Position numbers and translations under genes: made by a program. From Bdellovibrionales bacterium (GTDB taxonomy: Bacteria; Bdellovibrionota; Bdellovibrionia; Bdellovibrionales; UBA1609): DNA of 64,000 nucleotides. Numbering within the stretch: the first letter of the stretch is position 1; the number at the start of each line of letters is the position of its first letter. The stretch spans positions 128,001 through 192,000 of the forward strand of contig OZ241329.1 in NCBI GenBank assembly GCA_965199825.1. The letters are read 5' to 3'. Below are positions 19,579 to 29,217 of this stretch, piece after piece. The notes under the pieces were generated by a model, which was not told the origin of the DNA, did not search any database, and saw only the letters and a list, made by a program, of their open reading frames with translations.

Positions 19579-20357
19579 TAGCGTGCAATTCCTCGTTCAG
19601 AGGTGCGAACAAAATCTTTGAGATATTCAATGTGAGGATTTGTGGGACAGTCGTCTTCGATAATGGTCATGGCTTCGTCAATGGTTCTGTTTCCCATGAT
19701 TAAAGCTCTGAGGGCGCGGTGAATGCCTTCGATTTCTTTTTCGCTTAAGCCCGCTCGCTCTAAACCAATTTTATTTGTAGCACGAGCCGTGGCATAACTA
19801 CCTTGAGCCATCGAGTATGGCAAAATATCTTTATTGATCGCACTCTCGCCCGCCACGTAAGCGTAGCGCCCCACACGGACAAATTGATTAAAGCTACACG
19901 CCCCACCGATCCGAACATAGTCATCCACATGGACATGGCCCGCAAAGTTGGTGGTGTTGGCCACAGCAATATGATTGCCGATGTGACAATCATGCGCCAC
20001 ATGAACGTAAGCCATAAGCAGATTATTAGAACCCACAACCGTTTCGCCGCCACCTGTGGCGGTCCCTAAATTTAAGGTGACAAATTCGCGAATCAAATTG
20101 TTATCGCCAATTTTGAGTTTTGTGGGCTCGCCGTTGTATTTTAAATCTTGCGGAGGGCCGCCGATCACAGCGCCCGAAAAAAATTGGTTGTTTTCGCCAA
20201 TTGTCACTCGGCCGGCGGGACTTCCAATAACCACATGCGATTTGATCCGAGTCCCTTTGCCGATTTGGACAGCCCCTTCGATCACACAATAGGGACCAAT
20301 CTCAACACCGGTATCAATCTCTACACCCTTATCGATAATAGCCGTCGGATGAATCAT
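19578..20357 (-). CDS. lpxA: acyl-ACP--UDP-GlcNAc(3N) acyltransferase
   Basis: Hexapeptide repeats, PQDLKY, IREFVT, HVAHDC. Confidence 0.95.
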   Translation of the reverse strand: MIHPTAIIDKGVEIDTGVEIGPYCVIEGAVQIGKGTRIKSHVVIGSPAGRVTIGENNQFFSGAVIGGPPQDLKYNGEPTKLKIGDNNLIREFVTLNLGTATGGGETVVGSNNLLMAYVHVAHDCHIGNHIAVANTTNFAGHVHVDDYVRIGGACSFNQFVRVGRYAYVAGESAINKDILPYSMAQGSYATARATNKIGLERAGLSEKEIEGIHRALRALIMGNRTIDEAMTIIEDDCPTNPHIEYLKDFVRTSERGIAR

Positions 20358-20830
20358 CGCGCCACCTTCTTCGAAAAAAAAGCCACAATTTCTGCTTCGG
20401 CCACAATCTCATTGTCCACACGACAGTGCACATCAACAACAATCAAATTTCCGCGATCTTTGGTGACCACAGCATCAATCAGCAGGGTATCTCCAGGAAC
20501 AACCGGTTTACGAAATTTTGCAGATCGGATATTGCCGATTGCAATATTGTGTTCAGCATCACTTTTTTTAAAATAAGCAAGCGCCCCAGCTTGGGCCATC
20601 GCTTCGACAATAAGAACTCCGGGCATTACAGGATTTTCGGGAAAATGCCCGCTAAAAAACGGCTCATTGAAACTGACATTTTTTAGGGCCTGTACTTTTC
20701 GTCCTACCCGATTTTTTTCTGAAGTCCCCTCTTCGATCGAGAGCACTCGATCGACCAATAAAAAGGGGTAGCGATGAGGAAGGATTGCTAAAATGTCTTG
20801 GGCGTTTAAACCCGATTCATCAATCTTCAT
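20354..20830 (-). CDS. fabZ: 3-hydroxyacyl-ACP dehydratase
   Basis: LPHRYPFLLVDR, GHFP, MPGVLIVEAMAQ. Confidence 0.96.
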   Translation of the reverse strand: MKIDESGLNAQDILAILPHRYPFLLVDRVLSIEEGTSEKNRVGRKVQALKNVSFNEPFFSGHFPENPVMPGVLIVEAMAQAGALAYFKKSDAEHNIAIGNIRSAKFRKPVVPGDTLLIDAVVTKDRGNLIVVDVHCRVDNEIVAEAEIVAFFSKKVAR

Positions 20831-21336
20831 TATTTTTTAGCGGTTTTCTCATATTCTTTTAAAACACGCTCGGTCAGATCAATGTCTTTATCCATCCACA
20901 TCACACTTTGTTCGGTGCGCTCAAGTACCACGGTGAACTTTTCTTTTTTGGCAATCTCATCGACCTGGGCGCGAAGTTTTTCGACAATCGGCAAAGTCAA
21001 ATCACGCTCACGTTTTTGGATCTCTTGTTGGCTTTTGCCCACAAGCTCACGGTACTTCATCATCTCGGCTTGCAGTTCTTGTTGGCGATGAGCTTTAACT
21101 TCATCTGTTAACACCAAACTCTTTTTTTCGAGATCTTCGCTGATCTTTTTAAGATCTACTTCTTTTTTCTCGAGCTCTTTTTTCTTTTTGTTGAATTCAG
21201 CCTCAAGCTCAGCTTTGGCTTTTTTGCCATTTGAACTTTGCTGAATGGCCTTTTGCAAATCGATCACACCAATTTTGACTTCGGCAAAACAAGTTGAACT
21301 CATCAACAGTGCGGTTAGTAATAAGTTTCGCTTCAT
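20830..21336 (-). CDS. skp: OmpH/Skp periplasmic chaperone
   Basis: Signal peptide, KIGVID, coiled coil, DLTERVL; start moved to ATG 21336 after an AAGGAG SD. Confidence 0.88.
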   Translation of the reverse strand: MKRNLLLTALLMSSTCFAEVKIGVIDLQKAIQQSSNGKKAKAELEAEFNKKKKELEKKEVDLKKISEDLEKKSLVLTDEVKAHRQQELQAEMMKYRELVGKSQQEIQKRERDLTLPIVEKLRAQVDEIAKKEKFTVVLERTEQSVMWMDKDIDLTERVLKEYEKTAKK

Positions 21337-21382
21337 GATTTTCTCCTTAAAATGATTCCAAACAGAATCAGTTAAACATAAC

Positions 21383-23731
21383 TTAAAACGAAGGACCAAT
21401 GGCAAATTGGAAATTCACCGGACCCTCATTAAATTCGGGTCGACGGTTTAAAGGAAAGCCCCACTCAAATCGCAAAGGCCCAATGGGTGAAAACCAACGA
21501 AATCCAAAACCGATATCACTTCTTAAATCATTATAAATAATGGTGTCTTCGGCGGTGCCCACATCATAAAAGACCACACCCTGGATATTGGCCTCTTCAA
21601 TCAGCGGAAACTGAAATTCGAGATTGTAAAATAACTGCTGCTCACCACCAAAGGGACGAAATGCCGCATAGTAGGCTTGATTGAAATTTCCGGTGGCTTG
21701 TACCGTGCGCTCATAGGCGGTTTGCGAAAATTTGCGCCGACCCACCGTAAACCAATCAAACCCTCTCAAAGAGTTTGCTCCACCTAACAAAAACAATTCG
21801 TTAAATGGGGGATCACGATCGGCATCGTTGGAATGAATAAACGCGTAAGATAAATTATTACGCCAAACCACTTTCCAAAAAAGCTCTTTGTAGTAGCGCG
21901 AAAAAATTAAACCCTTGGTGTAGCGCTTATCTCCGCCCACTCCCGCAAACTCGAGTGAAGTGCTCGAATACAAACCTTTTGTGGGAGCAAAACGATCGTT
22001 TCGTTTGTCATATTCAAGAGAGAAAGTGACTGAACTTGTGATCCCGTTTGCGGTGTCTACCGGAAAGATGGTGGCGTCACCATCAGGGCTGAGAGTTAAA
22101 TTTGTATTATCGAGTTTGTAGCGAATAAACCCATCAAGATAAGGCGCAAGGGGATGCCCTACTCGAATCGCTCCACCCGTCTTGACCTCGCGGTAATCGA
22201 GCAGCTGACGTTGGGATTGATAGGCATCAAATCCGAGCGACCATCGGGTATCGAGAAAATAAGGCTCGGTAAATGACAATCGAAACAGCGACTGCACTTT
22301 ACTAAAATCAATCGAGGCCGAAAGGTTTTGTCCTTTACCAAACAAATTGCTTTGGGTGACTTGGCCATTAAAAATGAGCCCATAAAAGCTTGAGTAGCCT
22401 GCACCAATTTGGAGAGTTCCGGTATTGCGCTCTTTGACCACGATATCGAGATCGACTTTATTGGCATCGTTTTTTTGAATCTTTTGATTAAAATTAACAT
22501 CCTCAAAAAAGCCAAGTCGCTTGATAAACGCGAGCGACTCGCGTTTTCGAGTTTCGTTGTAAAGCTCGCCCTCGCGCAGGCGCATTTCACGCCGGACCAC
22601 TTTGTCGCGAGTTTTGGTGTTGCCAATCACATTGATTTTACCAATGTAGACTTTGTTGCCCTTATCAAAATCAAAACTGATATCGACAAGTTTTTCTTTA
22701 TCCCGAATTTGGGTGCGCGGAATCACGTTGGCAAAGGCGTAACCTAAATCTCCATATTTGGCAGTTAAGGTCTGCAAGTCCTTTTGCAGAGTTTCATATA
22801 CAAATAAATCGTTCTCTTTCATTTGGGTCGAATCACTCAGCTCGCTTTTTGCAAAAAGCAGATCGCCGGTAAAATCCACATTGCCCACATGAAACTGTTC
22901 GCCCTCTTCAATTCGAATGGTGATGTAAATGCTTTTTTTATCAGGTGTGACATAAACCTGAGGACGATCAACCTTGGCTTTGATGTACCCCTCGTTAAAA
23001 TACAAAAACTGCATCACCTGAACATCATGATCAAATGCTTCTTGTTTATAAGCACCAGAGCCAGAGATAAAACTAAAAACATTGCCCTCTTTGGTGACCA
23101 TCGCTGCTTTTAATTTTGAAGCAGAAAGGTGATCATTATTCAGAAAAGTAATTTTTTTGACTTGGACCTTTTCGTTTTCGTAGATTTTAAATCGAATACG
23201 GACTGAATCGGGTTGATCAAGCCGCTCTACCGCATAATCGACACGAGCCAAAAAATAGCCCTTGTCTTCGTAGAGCTTTTCCATTTTTTCGACCGCTTCG
23301 CGAACCTTGGACACATCAAGAATTTCGTAAGCCTTGATGGCAGCAGCTTCGCGCAGATCGTCGTCTTTGATTTCGTCGTTACCATCGTACACAATTTCGC
23401 CCACTGATGGTTTCTCGATCACTTTGTAGGTCAGGATGACGCCACCATTTTCGCCCGGCGATTTGTCGACCAAAATGTCATAAAAATAACCTAACCGAAA
23501 AATATCTTCGACATCTTTGCGGATAGTGGTGGTGTCGAGATGCTCTTTGGCTTTTGAGGTGATTTTTGCGGTGACCGCATCGGTTTCAATTTTTTTATTT
23601 CCGGCGACAACAATTTTTTCGATAACTTCGGTTGTTCCGCCAATCACGTGCTTTAATTGGGGAGCTTGGGCGTTTACAAACCCAGAAAAAAACAAAAAAT
23701 GTGGCAACAAAAGGGCAAAGAACGCTCGCAA
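21383..23731 (-). CDS. bamA: outer membrane protein assembly factor BamA
   Basis: POTRA repeats, GNTKTRDKVVRRE, LRGF, SPIGPLRF, C-terminal Phe. Confidence 0.95.
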   Translation of the reverse strand: MRAFFALLLPHFLFFSGFVNAQAPQLKHVIGGTTEVIEKIVVAGNKKIETDAVTAKITSKAKEHLDTTTIRKDVEDIFRLGYFYDILVDKSPGENGGVILTYKVIEKPSVGEIVYDGNDEIKDDDLREAAAIKAYEILDVSKVREAVEKMEKLYEDKGYFLARVDYAVERLDQPDSVRIRFKIYENEKVQVKKITFLNNDHLSASKLKAAMVTKEGNVFSFISGSGAYKQEAFDHDVQVMQFLYFNEGYIKAKVDRPQVYVTPDKKSIYITIRIEEGEQFHVGNVDFTGDLLFAKSELSDSTQMKENDLFVYETLQKDLQTLTAKYGDLGYAFANVIPRTQIRDKEKLVDISFDFDKGNKVYIGKINVIGNTKTRDKVVRREMRLREGELYNETRKRESLAFIKRLGFFEDVNFNQKIQKNDANKVDLDIVVKERNTGTLQIGAGYSSFYGLIFNGQVTQSNLFGKGQNLSASIDFSKVQSLFRLSFTEPYFLDTRWSLGFDAYQSQRQLLDYREVKTGGAIRVGHPLAPYLDGFIRYKLDNTNLTLSPDGDATIFPVDTANGITSSVTFSLEYDKRNDRFAPTKGLYSSTSLEFAGVGGDKRYTKGLIFSRYYKELFWKVVWRNNLSYAFIHSNDADRDPPFNELFLLGGANSLRGFDWFTVGRRKFSQTAYERTVQATGNFNQAYYAAFRPFGGEQQLFYNLEFQFPLIEEANIQGVVFYDVGTAEDTIIYNDLRSDIGFGFRWFSPIGPLRFEWGFPLNRRPEFNEGPVNFQFAIGPSF

Positions 23732-23810
23732 AGAAGAAATTCCTCAGTGTTTTTAGGTACTTATATTAAAATGGGGGCCAGGTTATCTTGGATTCTCGAA
23801 GATGTCAAAA

Positions 23811-24503
23811 TCATTGGAAGTGATCGACCCAGTGACCGTCTGCCATTTTTAACACTCTTGGAAATCGATTGGCGAATCTCACATCATGAGTGACCACAAT
23901 CAATGTGAGGCCCAAATTATTTTTAAGTTCAAAAAACAGATCCTGAATCAATCGCGAATTTTCGGTATCCAGATTTCCGGTGGGCTCATCGGCGAGTAAA
24001 ATTTCGGGCTCGCACATCAAAGATCGCGCAATCGCAACTCGTTGGCCTTCGCCCCCAGAGAGCTCGGTAGGAAAATGATTTTTTCGCGCGCTCAGTCCTA
24101 ATAGAGATAATAATTTCTCGGCACGCGATCGACAATTTTTGATATTTGTTCCGGCGATTCGACCAGGGAGCATGATATTTTCTAACGCAGTCAATTCATG
24201 GAGCAGATGATGAAATTGAAAAACAAATCCCAGTTTTTGCGATCTAAATTTTGCAACCTCAGAATCTGATTTTTTAAAAAGATCTTCGCCCTTATAAAAA
24301 ACACTTCCCTTAGTTGGCGTATCGAGGGTTCCCAAAATTTGCAAAAAAGTACTTTTGCCCGCTCCACTTGCGCCAACGATGCAAAGGGCCTCACCTCGAT
24401 GAACTTCGAGATCAAGTCCCTGAAGGATCGAGAGTCTTTTACCGGCTCCTTGGGGGTAATATTTTTCGATCTGTTCGGCACACAGCAGTCCGCCTCTATT
24501 CAT
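23811..24503 (-). CDS. lolD: lipoprotein-releasing ABC transporter ATPase
   Basis: GASGAGKST, FVFQFHHL, LSGGE, DEPTGNLD. Confidence 0.9.
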   Translation of the reverse strand: MNRGGLLCAEQIEKYYPQGAGKRLSILQGLDLEVHRGEALCIVGASGAGKSTFLQILGTLDTPTKGSVFYKGEDLFKKSDSEVAKFRSQKLGFVFQFHHLLHELTALENIMLPGRIAGTNIKNCRSRAEKLLSLLGLSARKNHFPTELSGGEGQRVAIARSLMCEPEILLADEPTGNLDTENSRLIQDLFFELKNNLGLTLIVVTHDVRFANRFPRVLKMADGHWVDHFQ

Positions 24504-25707
24504 AACGCAAACCTTCTACGGGCGATAACCTTGCGCCACGTCGGGCGGGAGCCCATGAAAAAATAAAACAAATAATAAGACAGGTTAAAACGATCAGCAA
24601 AAAATCAAGCGGTCGAAATTCCACATCGATTTGATCGAGTTTATAAACTTCAGAAGGAATCAGATGAAAATGCTTTTGACCCCACATAAAAAGCTCGCAC
24701 AAAAATAGTCCAAGCAAAATTCCAAGCAGTGATCCAACAGCGGCAAGGCCCAAACCTTGAACCAAAAAAATTCGGGCAATATGGTTTTTTGAAGCCCCCA
24801 AAGTTTTCAGCACACTGATATCTTGATAGCGACGAATCACTCCCACAAATAATGTCGATGACACATTAAATGCCGCAGCCACGATCAGCACGAGGAGCAC
24901 AAAAAAGATCACCAACTTTTCGAGACTCGCGGCCTCAAAAAGATTGTGATTCACGTCGTGCCAATCTCTGGTGATGTATTGGTAACTGAATCGATTGGTA
25001 ATCTGTTGCACCGCTCGCTCCGAATCTTCGGCTCTTTTGAGTCTCATTCGGAAGCCCGAAACTTTTTGGCCCACTTGGGCTAATTGTTGAGCACTGGTCA
25101 GATCGGTCAAAATATATCGCGCATCAAAATCTTGGCGGCCCAAATTTAAAATTCCACGTATTAGAAATTCGGCCACTCGGGGTTTAAAAGTTCCGGCTTC
25201 ATAATCCGAGTTGATGGGCAACACCACTTTGAATCGATCGCCAATTTTAAGATTATATTTTTGAGCTAAGCCTTTGCCGATCACCGCCGATTGCGGCACC
25301 GAAAAATCGACATCCCCCCCAATTAATCGATCCTTTATGTTGAGCACATTATGAATGGTCAAAGGGTCAATCCCTTCGATCACCACTCCCGACAACTGAC
25401 CGCCGTGAGCTACGATCGCTTCAAGATATAAAAACGGAGTCGCTGCAACAAGATCGGGTAGGATCGGTTTCAGGTCTTTATCAAAATCTTGAATGGTGAG
25501 ACTTGTTCCGCGCTTCATCACCAACACGTGGCCGACAATGTCCACCACCGTGCGCTGAAGGGTGGACTGATACCCTGACACCACCGCCATCGCCACAACA
25601 AGCGAGGCAACCCCAATCACCAATCCAAGGAGACTAAGAGTCGCTGTGGTTCCCATCGCTCCGCTTCGGAATCCCAGCCAGCGCCGACCAATCCAAAGCT
25701 CCCACAT
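24496..25707 (-). CDS. lipoprotein-releasing ABC transporter permease (LolC/E family)
   Basis: GVASLVVAMAVVSG, MacB/FtsX layout, PARRG; adjacent to lolD. Confidence 0.88.
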   Translation of the reverse strand: MWELWIGRRWLGFRSGAMGTTATLSLLGLVIGVASLVVAMAVVSGYQSTLQRTVVDIVGHVLVMKRGTSLTIQDFDKDLKPILPDLVAATPFLYLEAIVAHGGQLSGVVIEGIDPLTIHNVLNIKDRLIGGDVDFSVPQSAVIGKGLAQKYNLKIGDRFKVVLPINSDYEAGTFKPRVAEFLIRGILNLGRQDFDARYILTDLTSAQQLAQVGQKVSGFRMRLKRAEDSERAVQQITNRFSYQYITRDWHDVNHNLFEAASLEKLVIFFVLLVLIVAAAFNVSSTLFVGVIRRYQDISVLKTLGASKNHIARIFLVQGLGLAAVGSLLGILLGLFLCELFMWGQKHFHLIPSEVYKLDQIDVEFRPLDFLLIVLTCLIICFIFSWAPARRGARLSPVEGLRYE

Positions 25708-26835
25708 TATTTTTCGACCTGACCGAGAGCTTGGCTTTTAAGATAAGCCTCAATAAAGGGATCAAGTTTGCCGTCTAAAACCGATTGAGGATTTCCAGAT
25801 TCAAAAGAGGTGCGGTGATCTTTTACCATCTGGTAGGGATGAAGCACGTACGAGCGAATTTGACTTCCCCATTCGTTGGCCATTTTACCGCTCTCTTGAA
25901 CTTCTTTTTCTTTTTTGCGTTTTTCGATTTCGGCTTCGTACAAGGCGGCTTTCAGCATCTTCATCGCTTTGTCGCGGTTGGAATGCTGAGATCTTTGATT
26001 TTGACATTGAACCACAATGCCAGAGGGCATGTGGGTGATGCGCACCGCAGATTCGGTTTTGTTCACGTGCTGGCCACCCGCTCCGCTTGAACGATAGGTA
26101 TCTATTTTTAAATCTTCATCACGAATTTCGATTTCGATATCATCATCAACTTCGGGCCACGCATACACCGAAGCAAAGCTGGTGTGGCGTCTGGCGTTGG
26201 AATCGAAAGGCGAAATTCTCACCAAGCGATGAACACCCGTTTCGGCTTTAAGATTTCCAAACGCAAAGGCACCTTCAACCAGCATCGTGACCGATTTGAT
26301 TCCGGCTTCTTCAGCTTCTGAGATCGCCAAGATTTCGGTGCGATAGCCATGACTTTCGGCATAACGCAAAAACATGCGCATTAAGATCGAGGCCCAATCG
26401 CAAGCTTCGGTGCCACCGGCTCCTGAGTTGATTGAGAGATAGCTTGAGCACCCGTCTAACTCGCCATTGAGCAAACTTTTAAGCTCGAGATCGGCGGCTT
26501 TGACAGTGGCATCTTCAAGTTCGGTTTTGACATCCTTAAAGGTCGATTCGTCATCGGCTTCGACCGCCATATCTAAGAGGACTGCGGCATCATCCATTTG
26601 CTGATTGAGATTTTTGTAATCGGCGACTTGCCTTTCGAGTAAGGCCTTTTCGCGATTGAGCTTGTTCATCTCTTTATGATTGTTCCAGATCTCTGGATTT
26701 TGCGACTGGCTCTCTAGTTCTTCGAGCCGCTTGGTTTTGATATCGATGTCAAAGATACCTCCGCAGTTCGACAGATTTATCTTTGAGCTCTTGGAGCGAG
26801 CGCTTCACATCAGAAAGTTCGGTGGTCATTGCCAT
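25707..26835 (-). CDS. prfB: peptide chain release factor 2 (programmed +1 frameshift)
   Basis: SPF and GGQ motifs; 28-codon upstream frame from ATG 26835 ending GGAGG TAT CTT TGA C. Confidence 0.96.
26748..26762 (-). promoter_or_regulatory. RF2 frameshift signal (internal SD plus CTT-TGA-C)
   Basis: Minus strand GGAGGTATCTTTGAC. Confidence 0.95.
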
Positions 26836-27301
26836 TGCAATGATCTATCAGGATTATGCGGATATTTCAAATAGTCTCGTTTTTAAAAGTCGCTCGAAAC
26901 GAATCGGTCTTCTAGAAACACTTAAGGTTGATTTTACCATCGACGCCAAGTTGCTTCTGAAAATGCATCGGCCGGAATAATTATGAACTGGTACAGTCAA
27001 TTTGGAAATCAAGATTGAAAGCATAACTCCGTTTAATGAGATTCTGCGAGCCGCTTCAATCAGCAAATGTTCTTGATTGCGAATTAATATCTGACAAATA
27101 AATTCTGTAAACTTAATCTGTTAACTGAAACGTTCGAATGGTGTTTAATCTTGTACTCGACGATACAAACATTTTCGTCTGTTATCTCAAATTGAAAGCT
27201 CGAAGTTGCAGGATTTCAAGCCAGTAATGAGCGAAGCAATCGCAATCTAATTAATCCTTCGATGTCCTGAATCTAGTTTTATTGAAGATTGTGATATAAA
27301 A

Positions 27302-27767
27302 AATGACATTGCTGCAGCACGTGGGGGCCGCTCAGTCTTAAGAACGAAGTGCAACTTTATTTGTTTACAAAAAAATATGACAAGGTCCCAGTCGAGCCGA
27401 TCAAGGTTGAGTAGGATGCAACGCCCTTGTTTGGTAAAAAAAATTTGCACCGAATCGTGCTTGCTAACGTTTGTTGTCTCTAATCAGATTTAAGAACGAA
27501 GTGAGCATGATTATTTGATCAAATAAATGACATTGCCCCACCACGTGGGGGCCGCTCAGCCTTAAGAAAGAAGTACAACTTTATTTGTTTACAAAAAAAT
27601 ATGACATGGTCCCATCCGAGCCGATCAAGGTTGAGTATGATGCAAAGCCCTTTCTTTGGTAAAACAAAATTGCACCGAATCGTGCTTGCTCAGAGTTGTC
27701 GTCACTACGCAGATTTAAGAACGAAGTGAGCATGATTGTTTGATCAAATAAATGACATTGCCCACCA
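27302..27767. repeat. tandem repeat, ~224-bp unit x2 plus a partial third, with internal ~43-45-bp sub-repeats
   Basis: AATGACATTGC at 27302, 27526 and 27751; about 24 differences between the units by hand alignment; sub-repeats start at 27338, 27407, 27490, 27562, 27631, 27715. Confidence 0.9.
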
Positions 27768-27842
27768 TTTTTAAATCAAAAACCTTATTAATAAATATCG
27801 GTTTTAATTGCATTTTGTTATATATAAATATAGTTTATAAGA

Positions 27843-28382
27843 ATGAAACAGCTTTTACTCTTTCCTATTTCAAATTCAAAAACTTACGGCGGCGAAATGA
27901 GTGGTCGTCGAAAAACAATGCGGCCCTTAGACAAGAAGTGTTTGCATCACGTGATCTTAAAATCGCAACATGCCAAGGGCGAAAAAAGTTTCAAAAAATT
28001 TGACATGCAGATGAAATATAAAAATTTAATTTATTCTAAAGCCAAGAAATATGGAGTGCGGATTGCGGCATATGCTAATGTGGGTAACCATTTTCACCTG
28101 CTTATTAGATTTCAGGATCGCAATCTCATCAAAACTTTTTTTAGAGTCGTTGCGGGAGTGATTGCACGGCTTGCGATCGGCGCACAAAAAGGAAAAAGGT
28201 TTGGCAGATTTTGGGATTCGGTGCTCTTCACGCGCATCGTTAGCAAAGGTCGCGATGAGATCCGCATGTTTGATTATTTAGAAGCTAATTTAATTCAGGC
28301 GCATTTTGGAAAAGCGGCTCGCAAACATTTTGAATCTATCTGCAAAGAGTATTGGGAGGAGCTCTATAAAAAGCCTTTATGA
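27843..28382 (+). CDS. Y1/HUH transposase (IS200-like / REP-associated tyrosine transposase)
   Basis: HHVILKS, HUH motif NHFHLL, RFW...FTRIV, catalytic Tyr helix FDYLEAN. Confidence 0.85.
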   Translation: MKQLLLFPISNSKTYGGEMSGRRKTMRPLDKKCLHHVILKSQHAKGEKSFKKFDMQMKYKNLIYSKAKKYGVRIAAYANVGNHFHLLIRFQDRNLIKTFFRVVAGVIARLAIGAQKGKRFGRFWDSVLFTRIVSKGRDEIRMFDYLEANLIQAHFGKAARKHFESICKEYWEELYKKPL

Positions 28383-28788
28383 TACCAACGTTTCACTATT
28401 CAATTCCCACCCTAGCGGTTCAAAAATCCTGCTGATTTATCTTTATGTTGAATATGAGAAGTGTGAATGAGGAGTTAAAAAATTAACCATCTTGCTTAAA
28501 ACTGGCTTCAGGCCGGATTTCGGTTTCTTCATTTAATAAAATCAAAAAGGCCTCAGCGATTTTTCAGTCATCTCTGATTTGGCAAATCGACAAAAGGCAC
28601 CCTATTCATCATCGGTTAATCAAAAACAAATTTGAGTTAAAGGAAGTACAGTTTCAAAATTCCGTTATCGACTTATAGGTAAGGCAAGGGTGATGCCAGC
28701 ATTAGAAAAGTTTCGAGCTTTATTACCGGTCCTTTAGGGGCTTTAAAAAGGATCAAAAGTATCCTCGCTATCGCCGAGCAGGACTTTT

Positions 28789-29217
28789 CTACTCTCGCTT
28801 CATACCTGCTAAGGCTTCATCGAAAACTCGATCTTGCAGTTCAAACATTTCAGTCGCTGCCGCTTCATCTTGTTCATGATCATAGCCGAGCAAATGCAAA
28901 ATTCCATGAAGACACATGTAGGCCACCTCATCGCGAAAACTGAACTCAATTTCTTTGGCTTGCTTTTGCAAAACTTCGGGGCACATTAAAAGTTCACCCA
29001 AATATTTAGGCTCAGCCGCAGGAAAACTTAATACATCAGTAGCATAGTCGCGCCCCCGAAACTGGAGGTTGATCGAACGGGCTTCGCGATGATCAACGAA
29101 AACCAAAATCAACGGCTTAAGTTTGCGGCTCAATAATTTTTCGCAACGATTTAAAAACTTCTCAAGGTAGACTCGCGGCACTCGAACGGAAGATCGATTG
29201 ATGATTTCGATCTTCAT
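28789..29217 (-). CDS. ybeY: rRNA maturation endoribonuclease YbeY
   Basis: TDVLSF, HGILHLLGYDH. Confidence 0.95.
   Translation of the reverse strand: MKIEIINRSSVRVPRVYLEKFLNRCEKLLSRKLKPLILVFVDHREARSINLQFRGRDYATDVLSFPAAEPKYLGELLMCPEVLQKQAKEIEFSFRDEVAYMCLHGILHLLGYDHEQDEAAATEMFELQDRVFDEALAGMKRE

Noticed and set aside
26854..27450. Short ORFs in the prfB-transposase interval
   Set aside because: No SD or recognisable motif; the frame overlapping the repeat is not called in the second repeat unit
27302..27767. Canonical CRISPR array
   Set aside because: Repeats are too degenerate, spacers are duplicated and uneven in length, and there are no cas genes in the window
27843..28789. IS605/OMEGA element with TnpB or IscB
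   Set aside because: No second ORF or RuvC motifs downstream of the Y1 transposase; no clear subterminal hairpins identified
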